Assembly (NCBI GenBank): GCA_050084985.1
Contig: JBITNC010000001.1
Coordinates: forward strand, 142,662,001-142,726,000
DNA: 64,000 bases
Source of the DNA: Nageia nagi
Lineage: Eukaryota; Plantae; Pinophyta
Reading direction: 5' to 3'
Position numbers and translations under genes: made by a program. The notes below the pieces were generated by a model. The model was not told the DNA's origin, searched no databases, and saw only the letters and a list, made by a program, of their open reading frames with translations. Positions 13,201 through 26,449 of the stretch are shown here, piece by piece. Numbering within the stretch: position 1 is the stretch's first letter; every line of letters starts with the position of its first letter.

Positions 13201-16121
13201 TAATTAGTTACATAATAGTATAATAAGAATTTTGTGTATAATAATATTCATATCCATGTGTGTACATCATTTTGTGTATTCAAGTCATCATTATATCTCT
13301 ATTATTCCCCTAAGATCTAAGAGAATCACTCTCCATGTAGTATGCATATAGAATCATAACAATGCACAAGCTATATTTAGACATATTGATTCCAACTTGA
13401 TTGTAATCCTATCCATAATGGGAAGCAAACTTAGGAATAAGATTTTACTCTAAGTATTTATAGGAGTAGGTCCTAATTTACCTATTACACCTATCTAAAA
13501 ATCATGCTAAAATTTCCCATATAATGAATGTACTTATTTCAATTACATGCATCCTATATGATTTGGCTTAACCATGGTCATCATTAATATGAAAATGTAT
13601 TTTTCATATGTGTATCTATAACATCAGGATATATCTAAAGTAACTATCTTACTCCAAATCATATTTAAATTTCATAATAGTACAATTTATTTTATGGAAA
13701 GAAAGATATATGTATGTAGGTAAAAATATTAGTTCTTAAACTTTCCTAGCATTTTCACTCTATAGGTATTAAATTATAGTTTAAGATTCTTACAAAAATA
13801 AAAAATTAATAGATGCATTATAGAATCCTTTGGTTAGCTTTCAATATTATTTGAAAAATGTATCACATAATCACTTTATAATAGTAATATATCATCTGGA
13901 TCAAAAGATAAACTTTTCGTAGGTATCCTAGATAGATCAACATAACTATAGTAATAGTCCTAACTTAATATTTGACCTTCATATATGTTTAAATATGTAA
14001 GTAGTATACATTTTAATGGTATAACCATAGATATACCAACAAGTCAAAAGATAGCATCCAATACAATTAGTATAGCTCAAGACATAATCCTAACTTAATA
14101 GTTTGCCTTCATATACATTTCAATCTGTAAGTAATATTATCCCTAAATGAATGATATACTATCTATATTTATTTGTAATCATGATATAAAAAAATCTTGA
14201 CTACCTAAAATTGATCAACAGTTAAAATCTTTAAAACGATTGCTTAGTAGAAAAATACTTAATGGTAAACATTAATTCAACTAAGTCAAATACATACTAA
14301 TATAGATTGAAAGGTTATAATTACTATTAATTAATACTAAATATCTAATAAAGTAACTCTTGGTGTTTATTTTGTAACAACTAATTAATTGACAAAGAAG
14401 AGTTACAATCAATCCAATTAACAAGCTAAATACCTAAGAGTCCAAATAACCTTTCTTAAAACAAAATAGATGAGTTGACTCTATTGTGTTCCTTTAATAA
14501 GTAAAAACCCTAATTAACAACTAAAATCTAGTTTTTATATGTATTCAAACTATTTAACTTTGTGATTAACTTGGTAAATGAAATGAAATTCAAGCATTGT
14601 GGTTGTATAATAGGTGTCATTACAATACTAAATTATTATTTAAATATTATTTTATAGTCTTTTTGAAATGAACCTCTAAATACTAAGACAAACTCATGAA
14701 TAATTAATTTTTAAGTTGAATAGTTTTAAATTCTAATGAACATGGGGCTAAATAGAATACAAAGATTTTTTGATAAAGTAAAATATTTATGATCAATGAA
14801 GCTTAAATTCTTATTTAGTTTGAGAGTATGGGGTTATCTATATCATTTTTTATTTCCTCTCTTTGCACAAGTTGGATTTCAACATCGAACAAATCTCTTG
14901 CAGAACATTTTTCAAAATATTTCCTTCAAGTAAAAACACCATCAAAGTATCATCTAATTATAATGAATCTAAAAAATTGCTAGTTCACATGAGATCTTTT
15001 TCTTAGTAAAAAATTTCTTTGACACCTTCATAGAATGTGGTGCAAATATCCAAAGATCTTGGTTGAGGCATTATTTATTAGAGAAATGAAAAGGCTTTTA
15101 AGAACTTTCTTTGTCATAGTTAAATCTCTAATAAATAATTTTATATCTATATTTCTAATAAATTTGGTAATTAATACCATTATTTATGGGTACATCTTTT
15201 GAAATTTAGACTTGTATTTAATTTTTTGGCACTTCTAATTGTTTACCTTGATAATCATGATAGTAAATATATCATTAATGACATTGTGATGGATATCATA
15301 ATTATAAATATATCAAATTTTTATGTTATAGATTAATTTTTTAATTATAATTACTAAAGAAGATATCTCCCTCATTATTATCTATATCATTATTTTCTAT
15401 GTAATGATTTGAAGAATCATAAGCAATATGATTTTATAAAATAATTTATATTACTACAAGATTTTATTTTAAATCATAGTATAGACTCTTCCTACTATTT
15501 ATATGATCATAAAATATATTAAGCTTTCAAATTTAAATCAACTATAGTTATAAAAATGGACTTAAGTTATTGAATTTCATTAATTAAAAGAATATATTAT
15601 AATAATAAAAAGTTCCATAAAAATACAAATTAGTGATAAACAATACCCAATAATATATATCAACTAGTTTTGATATGACCTTTTATATATAAAAAAACAT
15701 CGAGCTTATCTCTTATTCTAATTATTTGTAACCTCCTATTCTAATTATCTAATGTGAGCATTATTTTTATGTAAATTATTTCTGTTTTATGTGGAGTAAA
15801 TAATTTTATTTTTTATATTTATACAATTTTATAGATATAATTTTTTATTAGCACACTATTTTTTTTTCAAATTATTTTGTTAAGTATAACTGATATATTA
15901 TTGAGAGATATTTGACTCTCTCATGCTGCAGTTGTAGTTACCCGTGTCGAGGTAATAATAAATATTAAAATGTTTGTAAAATTTAGAATGAAAGAAAATG
16001 TTTGTAAATTTTGAAACCGTTCTAATGATCTAAGCCCATTAAGAATCATCTTAGTAGGGTTCAAAATAGTAATCTACGTTTCTATGATCTACAAAATGGA
16101 ACACATAGACATAAAACACAC

Positions 16122-16915
16122 TATAGATGAAAGGCCAGCAGTCATAGGTGGGAGTCCTCAATAGTGATTAAATACTATTAAAATTCTAACGATGGTAAAA
16201 GGCCTACATTCATCGGTGGAATCGTAAAAGTAGAATGATGGTGAAATCTTTTGAATAAAGTGGATGTCATATAAGAACTCTGCTCAGTCCTGTAATTTTA
16301 ATTAATTTATATAGTACTTAAAACAATTACTATATAGTGCCTATAATCAAATTTGAACGGCTTTCAACATATTTTTATGTGAGAATAGCTGTGTGACTTG
16401 TCGCAGGTAATCTTCTTAGATTTACTAAATCTGAACATCAAAAGAAGTCCAGGATCTTGACAAGATCATATCTGTAATCTGATTCATGCTTAACATATAA
16501 TAACAAAGAAACAATCTCAACTGATGTATATATAACATCCAAGAGAAATTGGCAAACAATACCGAAGATGGAAACAAAGAGAAATTGAGGGATAAAATAC
16601 CAATACTACATGTATTTACGTAATTTCTTATTTATTCAAAATTTTCTGCATTTCACAGGGATAATCAGAAGGTGAGAGGCTTTCACCAGTTGCAGAGGCT
16701 TGTTTTGGTAACAAATTAGTATACAAGTGAAAATCTTAATAGATTAACTCTATAGATCTTAATGCGCAACATACAGGTGAGCCATATTTCAAACCCAAAT
16801 CTTAACACCCAAACAGTACTTTCATTTCTGAATATTATGGAGAAATAAAAGGAAAGTCGAGGCACTATTAATATTCAAACGTTGAATCGTGATACTCCAA
16901 ACTTCGCAGAATATC
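16122..16915 (-). repeat. Diverged distal duplicate of the LBD 3' flank
   Basis: Colinear with 17297-18011. Shared blocks include tgacaagatcatatctg, gcaacataca, gaaataaaaggaaa and taatattcaaac.ttgaatcgtgatactccaaa. Confidence 0.9.
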
Positions 16916-17296
16916 AAGATGTTTTAGGCATTCAAACATAATTCGCGAACAACATCCATTCAGCAATTCATGTTCACTACAGTTTAGGATGTGAAAATTT
17001 ACTAAAGTTTGTGAATCTACGTAATTAACACAGTATACTCTTATAATAACAACCTTTATAAGAACAGTAAACTAGTGATAATAGAAAACAAATAACATAT
17101 ACCGCTAGTAAATGTTTATAAAATTTAGAATGACGCACAGTGGTTATTGTAACTTACATGTTTAGATCTACCACGGAAATCACTCTGATGAGGTGAGCCA
17201 ACTACGAATCATCATTGTACCCTTCAAAATTACTTTGACTATCTCTACTTTTCTATGATTTATTAAATAGAATACTCAGACATACCATCAATCTGA

Positions 17297-18011
17297 ATAG
17301 ATGAAAGACCTACCCTGATAGGTGAGATTCTTCAATAGTGATTTAAGTATATGAATAGTAGAATGATGATAAAATCCTGTAACTTTAATTAATTTAGATG
17401 GTACTTAAAACCCAAATATACAGTCCCTGAAATCAAACTTGAATATGTTTCAATATATTTTTATTTGAGAATGACTTGGTGACTTTTATCAGGTACTACT
17501 ATTAGATTACTAAATCTAAACATGAAGAGACGTCTAGGAATTTGACAAGATCATATCTGAAATCTCATTCATGTTTAACATACAATGCCAAAGAAACTAT
17601 CACAACAGGCGTATAGACAACAACAAAGAAAAAATAGCAAACAACATCGAATATGGAAAAAAAGAGGAAGGGAGGGATAAAAGAGCAATACTGCATGTAT
17701 GTAGGAACAATCAGGTGCTATAAGGTGTTTGAGAGAGTTTCCCCGGCTGTAGAAGTTTTCTTTCATAACATATTAATACAAAGATAAGATCTTAATTCAT
17801 GTTCTCTGAAGATCTTAAGAGCAACATACAAGTGACACATATTCAATCCTACATCTTAACACCAAAACATTCAGTTCACTTCTTTCCCAGAAACGATTTA
17901 TCTTACAGGGAAATAAAAGGAAATACAAGGCAGTCTTAATATTCAAACATTGAATCGGCGGTCTTAATATTCAAACATTGAATCGTGATACTCCAAATTT
18001 GGTCCAATATT
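17297..18011 (-). repeat. Proximal copy of the duplicated LBD 3' flank (probable 3' UTR/terminator region)
   Basis: Begins ~50 nt after the LBD stop codon and aligns with 16122-16915. Contains a 28-bp near-perfect tandem duplication at 17930-17957 / 17958-17985. Confidence 0.85.
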
Positions 18012-18060
18012 GATACTATTGGTAAAGAAAAGGGCTAAAGTTACCCTTCTGATATTATGT

Positions 18061-18612
18061 TTAATGCTCCCACAACCACAAGGGTTCCGTGTACATGGAC
18101 ATGACTTCTTCCCTTTGCATCTGCACACCACCATTATTATATCCAGCGAGGAGTTGAGAGCCAAGCTCATCTCGCTTGGTGCGCATTCTCTCCAACTCTG
18201 CTTGCGTGCCTGCCAACTCAGATTCCAGCTCAGATATTTTCGTCTTCAGTTGATGGAATATGGTGGCACATCCGTGGACAGGATCCGCCAGCCTGGCTCT
18301 TGCTTCACACACCATGCTAGTCGCAGCATCCGATCTCTGCTCGATAGGAACATTCTGCAAACATTACAACATCAGTCAAATAAACCCTTCAAAATTAAAA
18401 TCGCTAAAAATTAACCCATCTAAAGAAAAATCGGTAAAATTGGCTTTTGATACAAGTACTTGAAGCGTTTTGAGAATGTGACTCGTTCCGAAAACTTTTT
18501 TGGCCACTGAAAACTTATCGGGATCGCTTGCTGGAAAATATGGAGCAAGAATGCATTCTGGGCCGCATTTTTTTCGTTGCAGTCGGCAAGCTGCACAAGA
18601 CGGGGTAGCCAT
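18061..18612 (-). CDS. LBD: LOB domain-containing (LBD/ASL) class I transcription factor, 148 aa; exons 18612-18460 and 18354-18061, 105-bp phase-0 GT-AG intron
   Basis: CX2CX6CX3C block (CAACRLQRKKCGPEC), LAPYFP, GAS-block variant KVFGTSHI, EARARLADPVHGC, and zipper L-X6-L-X3-L-X6-L (LKTKISELESELAGTQAEL). Splice sites are CAA|GTACTT and TTGCAG|AAT. No stops or frameshifts after splicing. Confidence 0.96.
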
Positions 18613-18653
18613 ATTTCCTCCGCCAATGTATGTAGATTGGAAAAGCCCTAACC

Positions 18654-18661
18654 TTTAAATA
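18654..18661 (-). promoter_or_regulatory. Putative TATA-like element (TATTTAAA) of the LBD gene
   Basis: Lies ~45 nt upstream of the ATG; motif evidence only. Confidence 0.4.
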
Positions 18662-18959
18662 AATTCAAGGACTTCTCTCAAAAAACGTCTTTGAAGTTTA
18701 ATCTTCTTCTTGTGGCGGAGGTCAGTTGACCGAATGGTTTTCGTATTTGAGAAAATTATGGCGCTTTCCATCAATGCCATGGTAATTGTTTTTTGCCATA
18801 TTGTTTTTATTCATTTTGCACTAAAGTTTCGAAATTTAGCTCACTAATATGAAATTAAAGTTACCCATCGTTTTAACTTAGTGGCAAACAATATCCAGCA
18901 TTATGGATATAATATGTGATAAAATATACATCCACGTTTAAATATTATGTGGTAATTTA

Positions 18960-19300
18960 AATATTTATCAATATAGAAATATTAAGTGGAAATTATGTTT
19001 TTTATTAATATGGAAATAAATATATAATTATCAATCAATTAGGATATAAATATATTATCATCCATTAATATGGAAATAAATATATCACACAATATCAATA
19101 TGGAAATAACTACATCATTATCCATCAACATGGATACAAATGTATAATTGTTCATCATTATCTTTAACCATTGAAATATATCAAACAACATCAATACAAA
19201 TACATAATTATCCATTAATATAGATATAAATAAATAAACATAAAAAATAAATTTATCAAACACTTATTTATCAACATGGAAGTAAATAAATTAAATAATT
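18960..19300. repeat. Degenerate AT-rich short tandem repeat
   Basis: Recurring ataattatccattaatatggaaataaatat-like units. Confidence 0.6.
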
Positions 19301-20184
19301 ATATATTAGAATGGATACAAATAATTTTTATAAAAAAAAAATATAAAATGGTTGAGGATGTTTTTCATCACACATATGTGCATTAAAAAACACAAAATAA
19401 CAAATCTATGAATTTCTCCTACTTGAGAGAAAATCAAATAATCCTTATTTTCTTCTAAGATATAAAAAACTAAATAAAGAAATAGATAATTCAAATAAGT
19501 TAAATTTAATTTATGAAAAAAGTAAATATAAAATTAAAATTAGAAGACTACATTATTATTGTCATCATCATACTTAGGCTTCTTACTTCATGTAGAACCT
19601 TTTACCTTTTGAGAAGTATTGTTATTTTTTGTAAAAGAAACATTCCTTTGCAGGCAAATATTCCATAAAAATTATAATTTCTATTAAATTTTGAACTTGC
19701 ACTTATACCCTTTTTCTTATACTTAGATATTCTTTCATCATTTTTATTTATGAAATTATTTTTATTGTTCAACCTTTATAGTTTATCCTCATTCTCAACT
19801 CTTAACATAGTTGTTAAGGTGTTACAATACTTATTTTCAATTAAATATTATCTTTTGTTAAGCTTTATATTCTCTTCAATCTTAATAAGAAGCTTGAATA
19901 AGTCTCTAAGAGTAGGAAGATTATTTTCAAGATCAAATCTTGTACTAAGGCATAGTTACAAAATATTTAATATTTCTAGATAAATTACTTAAGATAACAA
20001 AATATAATAACTTCTCATATATCTATTCATGTCCATAGGCCAAAAGTTGGATTTTAATTTCTCTCATTTTAGCCGAGAAAATAATTTCTTCATTAGGTAC
20101 CAATTTAATGTTAGAATGTTTAGAAACTACAAATAATTTCCTTTCCATGTTTGAACCTATAAACTATATTTTTATCTCATTCCA

Positions 20185-20989
20185 TTATTATTAATTTTAG
20201 GTACCCCTAGAAAGAAATCTAAGTGGAACTAATAAACATGAAACATTTAAGTATGTATTATCCTAGTCATTAACTTGAATAAACATACAATATAATAGAA
20301 AATAATAAGAATTAACCCAAATTGAATAATAGAACTAGGATTTTATTGAATCAAGATAATGAAATGAAAGCAAATACTAAAGATATGGAATCAAGTGTAA
20401 GATAAATACCTATTTTTTCTTACTTGGGAAGGGTTGATTATATGCAAATTGATCTTATCGAAGAGAGATGATATTGATATGCAAAACACATGGAGCATGA
20501 TAGTAAGAAGGCTAACATAGATGTCTATAGAAGTGTGAGTGCTAGGTCATGAAATGATAGCACGGGCATGCACATGAGTGCTTACACTAGGGTTTCGATT
20601 GATTAGGATTTGCCACCAAGGATCAGTTAATAACAAATATTTTAATAAGTTAGTCAAACATATAATTGAGAGCGATAAATGATAGATATGCTCGAGTGAT
20701 AACAAGATTACAATGTCAATAGGAAGCATTTAGAAATAATAAAAAGTAGGTACTGGCTATCAAGATGAAATCTTGATTGCTTTCCTATATGTTTATACTT
20801 ACCTTTATATATGAGATCTCCACCACTAGCCCTTGTAAGAAGGTTAACACCAACACTAGTGTACCTATCATAAAAATAAGAAAACCATATGATAAATGTT
20901 TTATAATAAGATAATAATATGATAAAATATGATTATAACATAACACCTAAGTAGGGTCACCTTAGGGGGATAAAATTTAGGTGTCAACA
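20185..20989 (-). repeat. 3' LTR of the host Tat-like element
   Basis: Starts TGTTGACACC on the minus strand right after the PPT. Aligns with 48021-48183 and, more distantly, with 25023-25851 and 33477-34076. The left boundary is approximate. Confidence 0.85.
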
Positions 20990-23322
20990 AATGCCCCTCT
21001 TTGCAAGTATAATGAAAATGAAACCTTCAAATAAAATTATGCTTCTAAAGAGAAGAATAAAAATTGGATACTTCCTTGGTTTAGCAATAAAACCATTTAA
21101 TCATCAAGGATTGATGATGTATATTTCCCCCTCTTTACTTTGGTTGTGAGATATAATGGTAATCCATGGAATAGAAACAACCAAGAGCAATTTAAATAAC
21201 CTACAAAAGGAGACATAGAAAACACAAGCTTTGAGACATATATATGATGATAAAATCATAAAATATATGGTAATGATAGTGAGAACAAATCATCATAAAT
21301 GTATGATATTTTCATGGTAACTCTCAATTCCCTATTCATGGATAAAGATTATCATGGTAGAACTAATAATCTCATTGATGAACTCATACATAGCATTTCA
21401 TAAATGATGATATAGCAACAAAGATAAAGGATAAAATCAATATAATATGCACATGTCATTATAAAAATACTAAATAATCTATTCATAGATGCAAATCATC
21501 ATAAAAATACCCAATATCTCATTCATAGATGCATACATATAATCATAAAGAACTAGTATGGTGATGGTTAGTTTAAACCCAACCAACAAAGGTGATAACA
21601 ATGATGGTTAGTTTAGACACCAAAAAAATAATCATAATGAAGGTTAGTTTAGTACCAACCAATAAAATAATGATGCTCAAATGAGGGTGACATCATCATG
21701 GAAATAACAAGTTACCCCATTCATGGATATACATCATCATGGAAGCAAGGATGACCAATTTGTGGATGTCCCAAATGATTATAACTAGAAATATGGGATG
21801 TTTTCACATCTTTCTAGTATAGATAAATAGTAACCAAAATATAGGATATTTCTACATCTTCCTTGCAAATACGAAGAGTAAACAAAATATAAGATGTTTT
21901 AATGTCTTCCTAATAAAGATGAATAAAAATAATGATGATGGTTATTTTTAGTCCACCCAATAAGGATATGATAGTAATGATCATAGAAATATATTATAAA
22001 AATGTAAGAAAGTGATAGAGACACTTCATGTTACATACCTCTGGAGTTAGTTTTTTAGGTACAATAACCATTATTGTTATATGATTATTGATTTCATGTG
22101 CTGATGTTAACATTCATGTTAGTACCCATGCTAAGCATGATTGATCAGATGATGATGAAATGAGATTTCTTTATGTACAATCAATATGCTTATCCTAAAT
22201 ATTACCTATCTAATGATTAATGCTTCTATCATGAACACAAATCAAGAATGTACCACAACGTGTCTAAAATTTGTGAGGAATGTTCAACCCTAAAAAAAAA
22301 TATTTATTCATCTTTGCAAAAATCTTATTCTCAAATATATGTTAACCACATATTAATTTTTGGAATAAGTATATCTGATAGGGTGAGGATGGTAAAGGTT
22401 GCTATAGTGAATGTGAACTTGGTTCAACACTTACACTAACATGAGTGTGGTATTGATGCTAGCATAATCACTAGGCTTTTTGTAGGGAAAGATCTCTAAA
22501 TTTGATCAGATGGTACAACTTATAAAAATAAAATTAATTCCTATGACATTAAGTTATTTTCAGTAAGGAGGTAATTTTTTCATGATCATATCATAAAATG
22601 TATCTTAAGTTTGCTTAAAATAAGATAATTAGGTTGGCATTTTTTATTTTCACTATTAAGAACTTGGAGCTTTGGTCCAAGAGTTTGGAGTGAAGATTTG
22701 GATTTGAATTAGATATTTTAGGAGCTATAGGTAAGGATAAGACTTATTTTGGTTTAGGATTTTAACTCATTTTTTATCTCATTTTGCTAATTTGGATTTA
22801 GTTTTGTAGGCACAATGATGAGGATATTAGATTAGGAGAACCATTTATCCTATCTTCTCCATAAAAATCGCATTTCCATCCCATGTGGTAGGTACCAATG
22901 ACTTTATCCTTTGATTTTATTTGAAACTTTTATAAATTTATGAGAGTTTTGATAAAAAATGTAGGGTTCCATTAGGTTAGGTTTTTTTAGTACTAGGGCA
23001 TGTTTATTTGCCCCTGTAACGATAATGAATTTGGTCCAAGGTATCATTTTATAGGGGTTCGAGGGTAGTATTAGTTTACCCCCAATTTTCATGAAAAATG
23101 GCCATAGAATGCTTAGCACAGATGATGATTCAAGTGTGGGTGTTGGTCTAATAGTTATATTACCCAATTGATAGTGTGTTGTGCAAATGTTTAAGATATA
23201 AATTTTTTTATTATATTTGTAAAATAATTTATTTTATTTATAATCTATAAAAATCAAAATCAAATGAAATAAAATATTAATGCATAACTTTACATAGTTT
23301 ATTTCACTATCATCAATTTCTT

Positions 23323-24700
23323 ATGGAACTGAAGCATACTTCAAAAAGTTGGAAGAGAACTCAAATTTTATACAAAAATTTATCAAATGAGGACTTATCA
23401 TGCTTAATAATGTTGGCATGGGGTACCTACTCAAATCCCCATATGTTAATATGGACAAGGAATTACTTACAACACTTATGGAGAGATGGTCAGAGAGGAC
23501 CAACACATTTCACCTACCTATCAAGAAAATTACCATTATCCCCTAAAGAATACATAGGATTCTATGGGTACTCATGGAGGATCACCCAATATCTTGATAG
23601 ATAAACAATGCAAAGACACATCACTGTAGCTAATAGGTTTGGAGGAGTACCATGAAGGCAAGAAGGGTGACTTCCTACATTGGGATATCAAGGGAAAGGT
23701 GAGGAGGTTTTGATGAATGAGGTTGATCATGGCCACATGTATAAATAATATTCTATGCCTTGATAAAAATTATAAGGTATCCCTACTTGGGTTGATTCAT
23801 ATTATCTACCAAATGTGTTAGGGTATGCCTTATGCACAGGCACCATATATCATAACACATATGTACCATGACCTCCATAACTTTGTGATGGTTTAAAAAA
23901 GTGATAAGAGGATTTCCAATTCCTTTATTTTATAATCCTAGGCCTATGAATACATTTATGTATGTTAGCTAAGATATCCTCCCATGGAAAATGTATCAAA
24001 CAATAATCCCACTTGGTTTGCATGGGTAAGAAATGGTATGATGATAAGCTTACACATAAGCATGGAGGTCTATTAAAATGTTTTATATGGTCTTATGCAT
24101 GGTAAGGTTATTCACTTGAAAGCTTTATAAGTTTGGTTCATTTTTAGTTTTGGTTTAATACTTTCTTGTGTACTAAGGATGATTTATAGGTTATGATTTT
24201 GAAAATGATATGATATATAGGCCATATGTAACCCATCCATATTAGATAAATAAACCAAAAGGAGTGTTGGATTGGAAAAGGATTTGAAGCTACTTGCAAA
24301 TAATGAAGATATTTGTTGAACCATATAGTCCTAAGCATGTGTTAAGGCAATTTAGAAAATAATAAGGCATTCTACCTGAATGAAAGTTTGTAGTGAGAAT
24401 GGACAAGTACAAGGATCATGATCCTAATTAGTTTGATACCCCACTAGAATGGAAGAAAGAGTGGGATGTTCCACAAGATCATAGTTCAGGTAGTGACACA
24501 AAAAATGAGGGAGAGGAACCTTAAGATGGTCCTCCATTTGACTAGGCTTACTTGTCTTGATAGGCCAAAGTTAGATTTGATCCACTTGGTATATATGCAT
24601 TAGAGGCACATACAAAGGTAGCTAAGGGTGAAGTTGAGGAAGAAGGAGAGGAAGAGTAATAAGAGGAAGGTGATGGTGATTTCATAAGACACTATATGCT
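23323..24700 (+). pseudogene. Plant mobile domain (aminotransferase-like, MAIN/MAIL-type PMD) ORF, degenerate, antisense within the host retrotransposon
   Basis: Motifs: ELLTTLMERWSERTNTFHLPIKKITI (PMD signature ERW..T.TFHLP.GE.TIT), *AYEYI, MIYRPY and YSPKHVLRQF, followed by an acidic tail. Confidence 0.88.
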
Positions 24701-25017
24701 ATTACTAGATTGTCCTTTCCTTATCCTCTTTATATCTTGCTTTAGGCTATGGTGATTTCCTCTCTCTTATTTATATTAGTTCATGTTTCCATTGACCATA
24801 TATAATATAGAATATTTTCTTTTCCACTAAAATTTGATGAAATATTGGTAATGATAACTTATGATATTCAAAATATTTTATCTTGTATTTTTGTTGTAGA
24901 GCTTCAATGAAAACTATGATCTTTATATCATAATCTATGTACACTTAATTTACCATTCTTGTCCAATATTCAATGAAGGATTCAATGGACTATCCCTCTT
25001 TTTGCCTGATTTTTATG
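24700..25017 (-). mobile_element. 3' part of the host gag
   Basis: FIKIRQKEG*SIESFIEYW..FIEALQ matches the retrotransposon gag major-homology-like region. Confidence 0.75.
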
Positions 25018-25022
25018 AAATT

Positions 25023-25851
25023 TGTTGTATGTGTTTTATCTACTCCTAGGATTTTAACCTAAGTGAAACTAATAATTACATAACATTTTTAGTATGCAAT
25101 ATCTAAGCTATCTAACTTAAATAAATATACATGATAACAAAAATAATAGAAATGAATATAGAGATAATGTAAGAGCTAAGTAATAGAGCTAGGGTTATTT
25201 GAATCAAGAATATAAGATGAAAGCACACACTAAAGAGAAAGGAATCAAGTGTAAGATAAATGCCTATGTATCCCTACCAATGATGAATATGATTATATGT
25301 AGACTAAGTTTTTTGAAGAGAATTGATCTTGATGTGCGAATCCCAAAAAATAACAATAGCAGGAGGATCAACATGGACACATGTATCAGCATGGTTGCCA
25401 TTTCATATAATAGTAATATGAGACCACACATTAGCATGAGCCCTAAGGTTCTAATAGAGTAGTATTCACCATTAAGTATCAATAACATTAGTGATATTGA
25501 TAAGATGAGCCCAACATATAATTACAAATGATGGATGATAAATATGCTTATGTGATAACAAGATTCTAGTCTTAATAGATGATGTTTAGAAATACCCAAG
25601 AGTAGAGTACTAACTATTAAGATGTAATCTTAGTTACTTTCCTAGGTTAGAGATACTTATATTAATATAGGAATGAGATTCCACCAATGAACCCTTGTAA
25701 GAAGGTTGAAGTTCATATTGGTGTACCTAGCATAAAAATAAAAATAACACATGAAATAAGTATGATAATAGGACCATAATATGATTAAATATGAATATAT
25801 TATTACATTTAAGTAGGACCACCTTAGGAGGACCAAATTTAGGTGTCAATA
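25023..25851 (-). repeat. 3' LTR of the inner Tat element
   Basis: Aligns with 33477-34076, is adjacent to the PPT, and is flanked by the TSD. Confidence 0.88.
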
Positions 25852-26378
25852 AATGCCCCATTTGCATTTATAACAAAATGAAATATTTTTGAAATGAAAT
25901 TATGCTTGCAAAGGAAGTAAAAGATACAGAGAAGAAAAATTTTATACTTCCCTAGTTTAGCTATAGAATTATCCAAATCATCAAGGAATGATGATGTATA
26001 TTGCCCCATATTTGCCTTTGTTGTGAGATGGAATTGCTTTCATTAAGTAGAATCAATGAAGAGAAAAAAAAAATATGAAAGATAAAAGAGACAAAATTAT
26101 TAAACTCCAAGCATATATGTGATTTTCAACTTATAAAAGATATAGCTATGATAATTAGAGTAAATCATCATAAATGTATAATATTTCATCATAGATGATA
26201 TAACAATAATGGAGTAGGGATGAAATTAATATAATATGCACACATAGTCTTGAGAATACCAAATATCCTATTCTTAGATATATCTCATCATAGAGATACT
26301 CAATTTTTCATTCTTAGATGCATATATACAAAAGCATAAGAAGGTGTATAAATATTATCATGAGGTACATGCCCCATT

Positions 26379-26380
<2 letters not shown>

Positions 26381-26447
<67 letters not shown>
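26381..26447. repeat. (TA)n microsatellite, ~33 units
   Basis: Perfect dinucleotide run. Confidence 0.98.

Positions 26448-26449
<2 letters not shown>

Noticed and set aside
13950-14140. Local ~55 bp direct repeat at ~130 bp spacing
   Set aside because: Two diverged copies only, with no associated structure.
18010-18463. Plus-strand ORFs 18010-18414 and 18260-18463, and minus ORF 18420-18626
   Set aside because: Shadow frames of the LBD exons with no recognisable motifs.
18376-18612. 78-aa single-exon LBD ORF from the ORF track
   Set aside because: It reads into the intron; splicing at 18459/18355 restores the full LOB domain.
19500-20184. Possible continuation of the host gag beyond the 3' LTR
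   Set aside because: The gag continuation is at 25017-24700; this segment lies outside the LTR and could not be assigned.
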